A model generated the notes under the pieces. That model was not told the DNA's origin. It did no database searches and saw only the letters and a list, made by a program, of their open reading frames with translations. The translations under genes and the position numbers were made by a program. Shown here in pieces: positions 38,695 to 51,876 of a stretch of 64,000 bases of DNA. Each line of letters begins with the position of its first letter. Positions within the stretch are counted from its first letter, which is position 1. Source of the DNA: Octopus vulgaris (lineage: Eukaryota); the NCBI GenBank assembly GCA_951406725.2, contig OX597836.1, positions 16,678,001 through 16,742,000 on the forward strand, written 5' to 3'.

Positions 38695-40225
38695 AGTGAC
38701 AAAATTATAAATGATATAACACACACGCAAACGGTACAAATGCGACAGTAGCAAAACCCCAAGGATTTAAATATAAAATCGGGTAAGCCAACAGAAATCT
38801 TAACAGAAATCTTACAAACACAAAACGGAGACAACACACGAACACCACCACACAAACGAAGTCCTAAATGCTATATGAAGACAAGTCAATTTGAAAATCG
38901 GAACTGTTGGAGCGGGTGGGAGAATTTTGACAGTTTTTCACATCGCTTTCAAAAGCAGAACAAACAACCATGTGCAGTTTGAGAGAAGAAAAACCACTCA
39001 CGCTCCCACTATCGTACACACTTTATCAACAGTTTAAACGCCTACACACTAAGAGTTTCACAGCACCAATAACAGAAAACAAAGACTGGAAGCACGAGGT
39101 TGAAATAACGTTCACGTTTTAGAAAATGTGGTTATCTTGTTAAAATGTTGATTCCCTGGGTGGGGTGGAGCAGAAATTGTAAGAGTTTTGGATCAGCTGT
39201 CCCTCAGAAGTCTCATGGGAAAGGAATTTATGGAAATTACAATTCTGAAACAAACAAACAATTAACGATTCTGAAACAATAAAAAAAAAGCCCCCATTAA
39301 TAACTTTTCCTTTTACATTTCTGCTTCCTACCTCCTAACGCTTCCATTACAGAGGTGTGGGACTTAGAGAAACAAACGGGTAATCAATACCCTGCTACAA
39401 GAAATCCTATCTGTACAGCATCTAATACTATTACTATATATTACACCAGCATTTGCTAAAGGGTGGGTGGCAGTAGCGAAAGTGGCAAGAGTAAAGGCTC
39501 TAATCTTAGCATGTATCTGTAGGTTAGAGAAGAGAGGAAAGTGAGCTTCCCATGGGTAGCCAGGGATTTTTGAGAGGCCCCCTTGAACGGCCCAACACGG
39601 AGGCCCTCTTATAACAGAGCAGAGGGCCATATGACCACATCCTTGTATAACTAACTACCTACACATTTTTAATTTTATATTTCTTTTCCTCATTCTATTT
39701 CTGTGTAAGGCCCACCCCACTGTTAACCACCACCACCATTTGTGTGAAGGAAAACTGGATTTTTTTAATTAAAATGCCGCATTCAATCAGGGTAGACAAA
39801 CCTTAATTAATCATTCTCTTATAATAGCAATTAAACGGATGTGAAAATACCTTTACATTGTCCCGCAACTTTCCTGGTATTTTACATACAAGAATTTTGA
39901 TGTCATCACTAACACCGTCCCAACTACATCCTTCATGTTTACCCCATAGGTCTCTATATACGAAGTCTCAACAAGTCAGTGCCAAAAAAAAAAAAAATTT
40001 TTAAACGTACCCCCTTCAAATTTATTAAACAAGAGATTAATTCGCTTAAATATAAATGGAAATATTTTTAACACCCACACAATTCATGTCAATAAAGTTA
40101 ACAAGGAAGGCGACAGATTGACAGAGCCAGTAGAGCGATTATAGTATTTCGTTGCGATTCTGTTCTGTTCTGTTCTGTACTTGTTTCAGTCATTTGACTG
40201 CGGCCATGCTGGAGCACCGCCTTTT

Positions 40226-40392
40226 AGAGTGGTGAAAGAGTACAGCAGGGATCACCACCTCCTGCCGGAGCCTCGTGGAGCTTTTAGGTGTTTTCGCTCA
40301 ATAAACACACACAACGCCCGGTCTGGGAATCGAAACCGCGATCCTCCGACCGCAAGTCCGCTGCCCTAACCACTAGGCCATTGCGCCTCCAC
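40226..40392 (-). mobile_element. tRNA-derived SINE family 3 (head and partial body)
   Basis: Minus strand reads gtggaggcgcaatggcctagtggttagggcagcggac...ggtttcgattccc (A/B boxes). The acceptor stem is not intact. Fused to a family 1 tail at 40178-40225. Confidence 0.7.
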
Positions 40393-41195
40393 GATTCATT
40401 GAGATTTCGTTCAAATCATCAACTTCTACCTACCCCTTGTTCTGTTGCCCTTCCAGATTTGATAAAACAAGTACGAGTGAAGTACAAGAGCCGATATTAT
40501 TGACTATAATGTATACATACATACATACACGAATCCACCCATTTATACTTGTAGCCAAAGAGCCCTAATTTAGTTAGAAGACAGCAGATATATACGATAT
40601 TTTATTACCTACAACTTTGCATCGAGGAACATTCCCTTCTCACAAAAGCTGTCGACTAAAGGAGATTATGATTTCGGGCCCCACATCAGTGAAACGCCCA
40701 GTCGAAGGTGGGTACCAACGAGTGCCTGCCGACTGCTACCAGAAGATATGTTAGGGTTCTTTTTTACCCGTACTGTAAACACAGGTTTATCTAGTTGGAC
40801 CCTCTTTCAGATGGAAGGGATACCACATTATTATACAGCAGACATCTGGAAATGACTAACAGCCAAAAGAGATACAAATTTAGTTGAATGAGTCACTGGT
40901 TGTTGAGTGGAAATTTCACAAGAAAACATTAGCCATGTGATCTGACTGGATCGATTAAGAAGAAAAAAATACAAAAAATAATGAAGACAACCACTTATAT
41001 TGCTTTTTTTTTGCTGTGTATATCTGAATGCATGTACGTGTATAAAGATATGCATGTTGTGTTTTGTTCATTATTTGACGTTTGTACTTTTCTACACGCA
41101 CCCGTCCACAATACGTTGTAAATATTTTAACATCGAATAAAGGTTTTTCTGAAGACTTTTACTCTAATAGAATATGACCAAAGGCTTTCCAACCA

Positions 41196-42780
41196 TTAAC
41201 ACCCTGTATTTCTATAAAGCAAGGGATCAAATATCTAGTCGGACCCTCTTTCAGATGAAGTGAGATTTGGCTGCTCTTTCTAGCAGATCGAGTACCAATG
41301 TACTTAAATGTTGCATTAACACCCTGTATTTCTATAAAGCAGGGATCAAATATCTAGTTGGACCCTCTTTCAGATGGAAGTGAGATTTGGCTGCTCTTTC
41401 TAGCAGATCGAGTACCAATGTACTTAAATGTTGCATTAACACCCTGTATTTCTATAAAGCAGGGATCAAATATCTAGTTGAATGAGTCACTGGTTGTTGA
41501 GTGGAAATTTCACAAGAAAACATTACCAATGTACTTAAATGTTGCATTAACACCCTGTATTTCTATAAAGCAGGGATCAAATATCTAGTTGGACCCTCTT
41601 TCAGATGGAAGTCAAATTCAGAGATTTGGCTGCTCAGGGATCAAATTCTTGGACCCTCTTTCAGATGGAAGTAGATTTGGCTGCTCTTTCTAGCAGATCG
41701 AGTACCAATGTACTTAAATGTTGCATGTACGTGTATAAAGATATGCATGTTGTGACCCCTCTTTCAGATGAAGTGAGATTTGGCTGCTCTTTCTAGCAGA
41801 TCGAGTACCAATGCACTTAAATGTTGCATTAACACCCTGTATTTCTATAAAGCAGGGATCAAATATCTAAGTTGGACCCTCTTTCAGATGGAAGTGAGAT
41901 TTGGCTGCTCTTTCTAGCAGATCGAGTACCAATGTACTAAATGTTGCATTAACACCCTGTATTTCTATAAAGCAGGGATCAAATATCTAGTCGGACCCTC
42001 TTTCAGATGAAGTGAGATTTGGCTGCTCTTTCTAGCAGATCGAGTACCAATGTACTTAAATGTTGCATTAACACCCTGTATTTCTATAAAGCAGGGATCA
42101 AATATCTAGTTGGACCCTCTTTCAGATGGAAGTGAGATTTGGCTGCTCTTTCTAGCAGATCGAGTACCAATGTACTTAAATGTTGCATTAACACCCTGTA
42201 TTTCTATAAAGCAGGGATCAAATATCTAGTTGGACCCCTCTTTCAGATGAAGTGAGATTTGGCTGCTCTTTCTAGCAGATCGAGTACCAATGCACTTAAA
42301 TGTTGCATTAACACCCTGTATTTCTATAAAGCAGGGATCAAATATCTAGTTGGACCCTCTTTCAGATGGAAGTGAGATTTGGCTGCTCTTTCTAGCAGAT
42401 CGAGTACCAATGTACTTAAATGTTGCATTAACACCCTGTATTTCTATAAAGCAGGGATCAAATATCTAGTTGGACCCTCTTTCAGATGGAAGTGAGATTT
42501 GGCTGCTCTTTCTAGCAGATCGAGTACCAATGTACTTAAATGTTGCATTAACACCCTGTATTTCTATAAAGCAGGGATCAAATATCTAGTTGGACCCTCT
42601 TTCAGATGGAAGTGAGATTTGGCTGCTCTTTCTAGCAGATCGAGTACCAATGCACTTAAATGTTGCATTAACACCCTGTATTTCTATAAAGCAGGGATCA
42701 AATATCTAGTTGGACCCCTCTTTCAGATGAAGTGAGATTTGGCTGCTCTTTCTAGCAGATCGAGTACCGATGTACTAAAT
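41196..42780. repeat. 120-bp tandem array, about 13 units, in MKNK intron 1
   Basis: Unit ttaacaccctgtatttctataaagcagggatcaaatatctagttggaccctctttcagatggaagtgagatttggctgctctttctagcagatcgagtaccaatgtacttaaatgttgca. Confidence 0.95.
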
Positions 42781-44640
42781 GTAGAATAACACTCACGCAC
42801 ATGCATGTACACGTGCATGCACGTTTTCTGCTCGCGTGCGCGTATTCATACATGCATCCGTGCAAGTCCTCAACGCTTACCCGGACGAGGAACTCATTAC
42901 ACGAGTACTGAATCAGCTAAAAATAAAAGCCAAATCTCTCATCTTAGGAAAACATGTAACAACCGTACTGTTTCTAATTAGAGAAAACATAAGGTTGTGC
43001 GCGTGAGCACGTGTTTACACCCAAAAATGAAATAGATTTAGAGCTAACTTTATGACCAAAAGCAACCCAAACCGTGATCATCACGTTTTTATGGGATCTG
43101 CATTTTCCCTTTCCTAAAAAAAAAAAAAAAATGAGGGTGCTATTTGGGAGAAATTTGAACTCTGCACCGAGCAGTCACTGGCGAAGATTGATTGGCAGAA
43201 CAAGAATGTGAGGGAGACGGTTGACACCTCTCACCTGCAATGTCTTTTACATTCTGATATACATTTAGAAAAAAGGGTTAAAACTGCGATTAAATAAAGA
43301 CCTAAAAGAGCAGTGTTCAACAGGGGTACCACGAATTTTTTATTTAAAAAAAAAAAAAAAGTCAACAGCGTAGTGCCCTGGACGAGGTCACAAAAACCTT
43401 AGCCCAATAATATACAAATGCTACCTCGTCCACATGATTTTAGTGTTTGTTTACAGATATTTCTAACAAATAAAAATAATGTTAGTAATGCTATTCGGTC
43501 AATATCATATCAATAGCTGATCTGTCCTTGTCCCCGTTCTCTATTTCCACAAAAAGGAATGATTATCACAATCTCCCATTTGTTTTAATATCGTTAGTAC
43601 AGCTGAAGCTGATTAGGAAATTTTTTTTTAAATATTTTTTTAATAGGTCTTTTACAGAGCCACCAATTAAACTACTGGAAATAGCTAAATCTATTATTTA
43701 AAATCATACACCCTCCAAACTGCCTTTGTGACAAGGTGGTTGTGACTGGATCGTCTGATCTATCTACATAAGTTGGCTCCGATGCTCGACCACGGACGGA
43801 ACAACGTGTAGAAAAATCCAAAGATTCAGAGAGAATCTGAATGGAGTGATATAAATAAGTAAAAAAAAAAAAATCTTTAAATATATCGGTGCTTCAACAT
43901 CCACCCACCCACCCATTCGGTACCACCCAACCTCAGGTATGTCATATGCTTGTACTTAAAAATACAGGGGTGGGGGTTAGACATGGGTGTCAGATGTAGA
44001 GAGAGAGAGAGAGAGAGAACAGGATGCAGGGCAGGCAGTTAAGTAGCGAAGATTAAAGTGTTTGTGAGTTTATTAATACAGCCTCGCGTGTGTGTCTGTT
44101 GTTGTGGATTTCATAATGTATCTTACTGCAGGATGAGTGGAAACAAGAAAACACGAAATAAGCAGGGCTGATTTCATCATCCTAGAGGCTCGAAAAGATG
44201 AGGACGGGGGGGGGGGGACGAGGCGCGGAGGAAGAACAATGAAAAGAAACTTGATCCGTAAAGGGCAAAATGAATAGGATGGGATGGGGAATTTTTTTTT
44301 TTTTTTTTTTTTTTGTTAAATACGTTATTACCCAAAACCAGCAGGGCTTGATTTCATCATCCCCCAGAGGCTCGAAAGATGAGGATGGGGGGGGGGACAG
44401 AGGAACAACAACAAAAAGAAATGTGATCCGTAGAGGGCAAAATGAACAGGATGGGAATTTTTTTCTTTCTAAATCCGTTATTACCAAAACCCACAGTTGC
44501 CACAAAATCCCACCACCCACCCCCGCATTACCTTTTAATGAGATTTTAGGGAATATCGATCATTAAAGGGGTCTGTCTGAAAACCAGGATTGGCCTAAGT
44601 TTTAACATTAATGAGGTGGATCTGACGAAGATAGGAGTAG

Positions 44641-44927
44641 GAGGGACAACTTTTTACACAGAAAAAGCTCCCAAATTTTCCGAGGGGCAACTTTTTACAC
44701 AGAAAAAGCTCCCAAATTTTCCGAGGGGCAACTTTTTACACAGAAAAAGGTCCCAAATTTTCTGAGGGACAACTTTTTACACAGAAAAAGCTCCCAAATT
44801 TTCCGAGGGGCAACTTTTTACACAGAAAAAGCTCCCAAATTTTCCGAGGGACAACTTTTTACACAGAAAAAGCTCCCAAATTTTCCGAGGGGCAACTTTT
44901 TACACAGAAAAAGCTCCCAAATTTTCC
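44641..44927. repeat. 41-bp minisatellite x 7
   Basis: Unit gaggggcaactttttacacagaaaaagctcccaaattttcc. Confidence 0.93.
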
Positions 44928-45278
44928 CCCAAATAGCAGCATCCTACTGGGGAAGGAAAAGGGCACAATAGGAGAATATGGGTTATTTTTTAATAAGTGG
45001 AAATAGATGGCTGTAGCTGGAATGAAATGGTTTTGATCATAGATATATAATCTATCACAACAGAAGAGTGGAGTACAAGTGCTTGGACGAATTCCTAAAG
45101 TGCACAACATACCATTTCTGTCTCATATTATGTATGTCCGTATATAAATACGTACACACACGTGTGTTGGATACGGACGTGATACATGTATTGCGCATTG
45201 ACAATACATAAAACGCACAAGTATTGTTCTCTGAACATACACACATGTACATATTGCATACACGTGTATTAAACGTAC

Positions 45279-45730
45279 AGACACACACACACACACACAC
45301 ACGTATATATACACACAAACGCATATATATATATATATACACACACACACGCATATATATACAAACACACACGCACGCATATATATATATATATACACAC
45401 ACACATGCATATATATATACACACGCATATATATACACACACACACGCATATATATATACACACGCATATATATACACACACACACGCATATATATATAT
45501 ACACACACACATGCATATATACACACACACATGCATATATATATATATATATACACACACACATATATATACACAAACACACACGCACGCATATATATAT
45601 ATATATATACACACACACATGCATATATATATACACACGCATATATATACACACACACGCATATATATACACACACACGCATATATATATATACACACAC
45701 ACATGCATATACACAAACACACACGCACGC

Positions 45731-45763
<33 letters not shown>

Positions 45764-46019
45764 TGCATATATATATACACACGCATATATATACACACAC
45801 ACGCATATATATATATACACACACACACACATGCATATATATATATATATATATATATACATACACACGCATATATATACACACACACGCATATATATAC
45901 ACACACACGCATATATATATATACACACACGCATATATATATACACACACGCATATATATATACACACACACGCATATATATATAAATATATATATGATA
46001 CCCCACAACTCAACTTTTT

Positions 46020-46080
<61 letters not shown>
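45279..46080. repeat. Compound (CA)n-GC-(AT)n microsatellite, about 800 bp
   Basis: Explains the long CVYI/HTY ORFs in all frames. Confidence 0.95.
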
Positions 46081-46081
<1 letters not shown>

Positions 46082-49000
46082 CATACGCACACATTCTTTC
46101 TTGTGTTTACATCAACACACAACGGCTGCAACAAGATTTCTTCTAAAAGACAAAAGACGACGGAATTGTTTTGTGTAGACAGAAAGGGGAGGAGGAGGCG
46201 GACGAGAGAGGGTGGAGAGAGAGAGAGAGTGAGTAGAGGGTTGGTAGGTTCGAGTCAGCTTTGGAAGTAAACAAACATTGCTGAAATAGGTTAGTGGCGT
46301 GATTCAATAGATTTCTGATAAAACAGTATTGTCAATTCTATTCTATTTCAACCAGCCTCGTCCGACCACACACACCCTCTCTCTCTCTCTCTCATGTTTA
46401 TTTGTATGTCGAAACAGCGTGACAACAGTGTAGGTAGGCAATATTAGGAGCAAGTGTGCGCATGTATATACGCATTGAGGTATGTAGAATATGAAAGAGA
46501 TATGCACTAAAATATGTGAAAACATCTATTTATCCAACTTCTCTTGCCCACCGCGCGTTACTACTACTCCAATGCAGGGGTGGAATTGTATAAAGCAGTG
46601 GATGTTCCGCATACAGTGCAGTAGGTGAGCAGCAGAGAAACAGTGGAGAGGAGACGGAAAGCAGCAGAGGATCAGCGGGGGAAAAGCAGTAGAGCAGAGT
46701 TTTTATATATATATGTGAGCAGTGGATGTTCCGCATACAGTGCAGTAGGTGAGCAGCAGAGAAACAGTGGAGAGGAAACGGAAAGCAGCAGAGGATCAGC
46801 GGGAAAAAGCAGTAGAGCAGAGTTAAAGACGCAGTTTCGTTATATGAACAAAAACAGAATAAAATGGCAAATAAAATATGTCGATCTGCAACGCCACATA
46901 TTTTTCTTTTGAAGTGGACATTTCGAGGAGACGACGGAGTCGAATCTTATGCCATACACACACAAATATGTAATTATGCATACACATAAACACAGTAATA
47001 AATAATAGGAGCAGAACTGCCTTGATTGATATTTAAATAATGATGGTAATAATTATAATCTAAACAAGGAAGGAAGCTTTAGAGAGAATGAATGAATGGC
47101 CTGGGGTCAAATAGTTATGAGAGAGGACAGAAGAAAAATAAACGAGATGGATAAAAAAAAAAAAACTGTTTAGAAGTTGAAATGTTGAGGTAGGATTATC
47201 AACTGACATGACCAATTCTTATAAATTATTATTTTATTAATGATGTCGTGAATAAAAAACCAAAAAAAAAAAATCAGTTACAGAACAAGTGAACTCGACC
47301 CGACCCGACCTGATCCGACACAGGAACCGTTTCTGCTGCTCCCATTATGACCCAAGTTTTTTTTCCTTACAACAACTAACAACTTGAATCTGGTGCAATT
47401 CAGAATCGAAATTGAAACATAACAATCATAGCTAAACCACTTAAATTGTAAATGTTGGAGAAAGAATGAAATGAAAGCAAAGCAAAACGATTTGGAAACT
47501 GGTTTAGTTTTTATGGGGATTTAAAGAAAAACAAAAGCCTAATAAAATAATGGAAAATAATTCAGAATGATTGCAGTGGTACATACAAGTTAATAAACCC
47601 TACATAAGGGTTCTGTAAGTATTTGTGGTGGTCGGAGTAGCTAGTACTAATACAAGACAACACCGTTTCCCACCTCTCTGCCTAAATATCTAGCAGTAGG
47701 TTCTAGAAAACCAAGACGAGTGGGGGAGGGGCAAATAGAAAAAAAAATAAACCTACATATCACTGGGGTATTGGTTATTAAAATTAATATAACATACCAC
47801 TCTTAGCACCATCTCCACAACAAGAATTTTGGTAAACGGATTGACAAGATTTCAAATAAACAAAACATGGAATTTTCCAAACAAAACAGGAAAATGGGAG
47901 GAGAAATTTACCACCACCATTACACTACGATAATAACAGAGTGGTCGCTGGACCTGCAAGAAATAACAGCCAAATCCCCCTCAAATCAAACGTCTTTTGA
48001 AAAAAAGAAACTGGTCACGGAATACCTTTTATTTATATTTATTATATCTGGTCGGAGTTGTCAAGAGGGTATAAACAAGAATTATATTCATCAACAAACA
48101 CTACTACTAATGTTCGACCTTCTAAGAATAACAGCTAACTCTTCAAATTATACCCTACGATCTTAAAATACCACCAGCTTCATTCAAATCAGATGGACAC
48201 ATTGGGAGATTAATGTGGTTGGTTCTCAGTCCAAGAGAAAAGACAGGGGGATCGTTGGAACACTTGATTATAGACCAGCGCACATTCAGTGTTAATTCTG
48301 AAACTAAACAACAATAAAAAAAAAAAAACACCCTCAACACAAGGCTACAAGCACCACCACCACCACCAACCATAATAAAATCACGAGTGCTGCTACAATA
48401 ATAAACAAACAGCAGACGTGTGCAAGTGTGTATGTGTGAAGAATTCTGTTTACATTGTTGACAGTCAAGTCATGGTTGGATTAGGCCAAGCATTTGATAA
48501 TCAAGGGTTGCTCGTTTATAGCTGACCAAGGGTTAAACAATAACCCACCTCTATTTACCTAAACGTTGCTCAAAGCCACCTCTATTGCCTAAACATTACT
48601 CAAAGTATATGAATGAGATGGCCAGTATTAGTGGTGCAAATTTTGCACTCTAATTCGAGGAACGACGATAAACAATTACAATGTGACCCGAGTCTTTCAT
48701 GCCTGGTCTTTGAGAAAAGGGAATTTTCAACCCTGCATACAGTTTTATACACCCAGATCGGGAGTAAAAGGAAAGGAGTTATGCATAGAGAAATGGTAAA
48801 GAGTACACTGGGAGTAGATAAGATGTGCTATCTTATATATCTTATATTCATGTCCAAAAGGATTTCTACTCAGTCAAACCATCTTCATTTTATAAGGCCC
48901 ACAACCACAACAAACCCATCCAGCAACTTGCCAGGTCTCCCTCAAACCACATACTTCTGTCTCATAAAAGGACAAATGTATGATGTAGTTTCGAGTATAT

Positions 49001-49769
49001 ATGGTAGGATAATTATGGCTAGAATTGTCTCTGGTCACAGACCCACCCGCTTGTTCAGAGACGTCCGTCCAAAAAAAAAAAAAAAAAAAAAAAGCCCACG
49101 AGCTAATGTAGTTCTACAAAAAAACATGGGGTAGTCATGATTGGAACGTCTTGTATAGATATTGTCAAGTCCAGCCAGAAAATAAACAACTACGTTAAAC
49201 AATGAAAGGGACCCGTGTAGTTGCGAGTAACATGCTAGAAATAAACTTGTAAATCTTACAAAAATAGTGGGGGAGTGGCAATTATGGTGTGTAAAGTAAC
49301 TCCAAAGATGTAGGTAGGTACTACTATCTGAAAGGAAAAAGGAAAATAAAATGGTGATATGTCATTTCTGGAATGACTTGTTCGATCACAGTCGACCTGG
49401 GGGTTTGAACAACACCACCACCTCTTCTACACAAAATTCCCAGAATGGGGGGGGGGAGGTCAAGGATGGAACAACAGATTCTGTAGTGCAAACGCTACAG
49501 TTTAGAAAAGAGTGGGGGAAAACCACCGAACGCCTTTTAAAGATGACTTAGCAAATCGTCCCAAGGGTAATCAATGAAGTTACATCGGGTTTAATTAATA
49601 ACAGATTCTATAGGTTAACGATGGACACAGAGAACATAAATACATGTGTTTGTATTTATATTTATTAACAGAGATGTGGGCAGATTTAGAGAGAGAGGAC
49701 AGATGCATAAAAGCTAGATAGAGGTAAGATAAATAATGATATAGATCTAGGCATAGTTATAAACAGATA

Positions 49770-49991
49770 GATAGACCGATAGGTAGATAGACAGATAGGC
49801 AGATAGACAGATAGGTAGATAGACAGATAGGTAGATAGACAGATAGGTAGATAGACAGATAGGTAGATAGACAGATAGGTAGGTAGATAGACAGATAGAT
49901 AGATAAACAGATAGATAGGTAGATAGATAGACAGAGAGGTAGATAGAAAGATAAATAGATAGATGTGATAGATAGATAGATAGATAGATAG

Positions 49992-50034
<43 letters not shown>

Positions 50035-50165
50035 GAGATAGATAGAGAGATAGATAGAGAGATAGGCAGATAAGTAGATAGATAAACAGATAGATAGATA
50101 GATAGATAGACAGATAGATAGATAAACAGATAGACAGATAGATAGACAGACATATGGACAGACAT

Positions 50166-50232
<67 letters not shown>
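49770..50232. repeat. (GATA/GACA/GGTA)n microsatellite
   Basis: Seen directly. It begins about 50 bp inside intron 1 from the exon-1 donor. Confidence 0.95.
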
Positions 50233-50285
50233 TTGAAAGATAGTGATAGGCAGTTATGATATATAGAAAACAAAGTAAAACTTAC

Positions 50286-50294
50286 CTCTAACAT
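50286..50294 (-). CDS. MKNK1: MKNK/Mnk kinase, coding part of exon 1 (M-L-E)
   Basis: Minus strand reads ggcatc-ATG TTA GAG|gtaag. The phase-0 donor matches the phase-0 acceptor of the next exon (LEIQPK...). It lies about 1 kb downstream of a TATA/CRE promoter in the same orientation. Confidence 0.65.
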
Positions 50295-51284
50295 GATGCC
50301 AAGTCCTCAAGAGTAAAAAAACGTTGTTTTCAACAATAAATAATGTTGGTGTTGATATTGGTTGAATAAATTATGACAGATGACTATTATATATATATAT
50401 ATAAAATATATTATATATATATATCCAACGGTGGTAGTGATAAATAATAATACAGTAACGGGTACTTCTTACTAGTTTTTTTTAGGGTACTTGTTTAACT
50501 AGTAAGGTTGTACTTTAGGCACACTAGGCTGCTTCAAATTCTCCAAATCGCTACCGCCTTCACATATACATATATATATATATTGTATATATATATATAT
50601 TTAAATATATAACCCCACGGGTGGTTTTGTGGATGCGTCCAGTTAAAAAAAAATATACTTTCTTTAAGAAACAAAGAAAGATGCAGAAGAGAGGTCTTTT
50701 TCTTGTCTTCTTTTTGGGCAGCAACAATAATAATTAAGTCCTTTTTTTTTTTTCTTTCAAGATGGACAGAACACTGCAAGACAGAACCACAGTCTCTCTC
50801 TTTCAAGGTACTCGGCAGGAAAAATATATAAATCCTACTTATCGTTGTTATTGCCTTTTATCGCTTCTCTTTTCTCTAAATCTTCTACCCGCTTCTAAGA
50901 AGTTATAATAACAATAAATAAAATTATTGTTATTATATATAAATGGTGTTGGAGGAGATCTTCCCGTTTCTTTCTTGTTAAGCCTTTGAATGACAAACCC
51001 TTTCGTAAAAAAGGTGCATAAATATAAATATATATATATAATATATATATATTTGAATATTTATAACAACACCCCGGGTGGGTGACTTTTGAAGGGAACC
51101 TTTTTTTTCTTTCCCCGAAGAGACTTTGACAAGAAACAAATAAACAACCACTAAACTTCTTTCTTCTCCTTCCTTCTTCAACCTGCCTGTCACCCTCAGC
51201 TAACTGGCTGGAAGTAAGACTTCCCCTAAAAGTTGGGCGGAACACACTATTCTTCACTACCTATCCATTTTCATAACCAAGCGC

Positions 51285-51390
51285 TTGAATGGTGCCTGGC
51301 TGCGTGTCGCGTCGCCTTTTATACGGCCAACGTGCCTGCTGCCTGACGTGGCTTGTGACGTAGCACACAACGTCATGCCACTTCCGGCTT
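51285..51390 (-). promoter_or_regulatory. Putative MKNK core promoter (TATA + CRE/ATF-like x3 + ETS)
   Basis: Minus-strand TATAAAA at 51323-51317. TGACGTGG at 51344-51351, TGACGTA at 51356-51362, ATGACGTT at 51376-51369, CCGGAAGTG at 51387-51379. CpG-rich patch. Confidence 0.65.
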
Positions 51391-51441
51391 CTTCACCTAA
51401 ATTTTCCCTCTTACTCATTTTCCATCGTTGTTTTCTTAATA

Positions 51442-51876
51442 AATCGCTCCTCTCTCATCCTCTCACTTACTCTCTCCTCCTTTCTCATTTTTTCTCTCAC
51501 TCACTCTCTCACTCAATCGCTCTCTTTCTCGCGCGCGCCTCTCTCGGTCTCACATCCCTCTCTTCCTCTCTTAGCTCAATACTTATCGCTCCTCTCTCAT
51601 TCTCTCTGTCTTTCTCACTTACTCTCTCGTCCTTTCTCATTTTTTCTCTCACTCACTCTCTCACTCACTCGCTCTCTTTCTCGCGCGCGCCTCTCTCGGT
51701 CTCACATCCCTCTCTTCCTCTCTTAGCTCAATACTTATCGCTCCTCTCTCATTCTCTCTGTCTTTCTCACTTACTCTCTCATACTTTCTCATCTTTTTCT
51801 CTCACTCACTCTCTCACTCACTCGCGCGCGCCTCTCTCGGTCTCACTCTCTCTTCCTCTCTCGGCTCAATACTTAT
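51442..51876. repeat. CT-rich roughly 145-bp repeat x 3 just upstream of the MKNK promoter
   Basis: atcgctcctctctcat...tcgcgcgcgcctctctcggtctcac...ctcaatactt occurs three times. Confidence 0.85.

Noticed and set aside
40310-40392. tRNA gene (also considered at 63476-63545)
   Set aside because: A and B boxes are present, but the cloverleaf and acceptor stem are broken and the sequence continues into a SINE body.
41196-42780. CRISPR-like array (also considered for the 163-bp and 41-bp arrays)
   Set aside because: Units are contiguous with no unique spacers, there are no cas genes, and the context is a eukaryotic intron.
42881-42897. ATG AGT TCC TCG TCC GG|gtaag as the first coding exon of MKNK
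   Set aside because: The phase-2 donor is out of frame with exon 2. At most a uORF-bearing leader.
45055-46270. Long ORFs of 200-360 aa (CVYI.../HTY...)
   Set aside because: Translations of a stop-free dinucleotide microsatellite, open in several frames on both strands.
48613-49134. 173-aa plus-strand ORF in MKNK intron 1
   Set aside because: No recognisable domain, runs through a poly-A tract and old repeat remnants. Likely chance.
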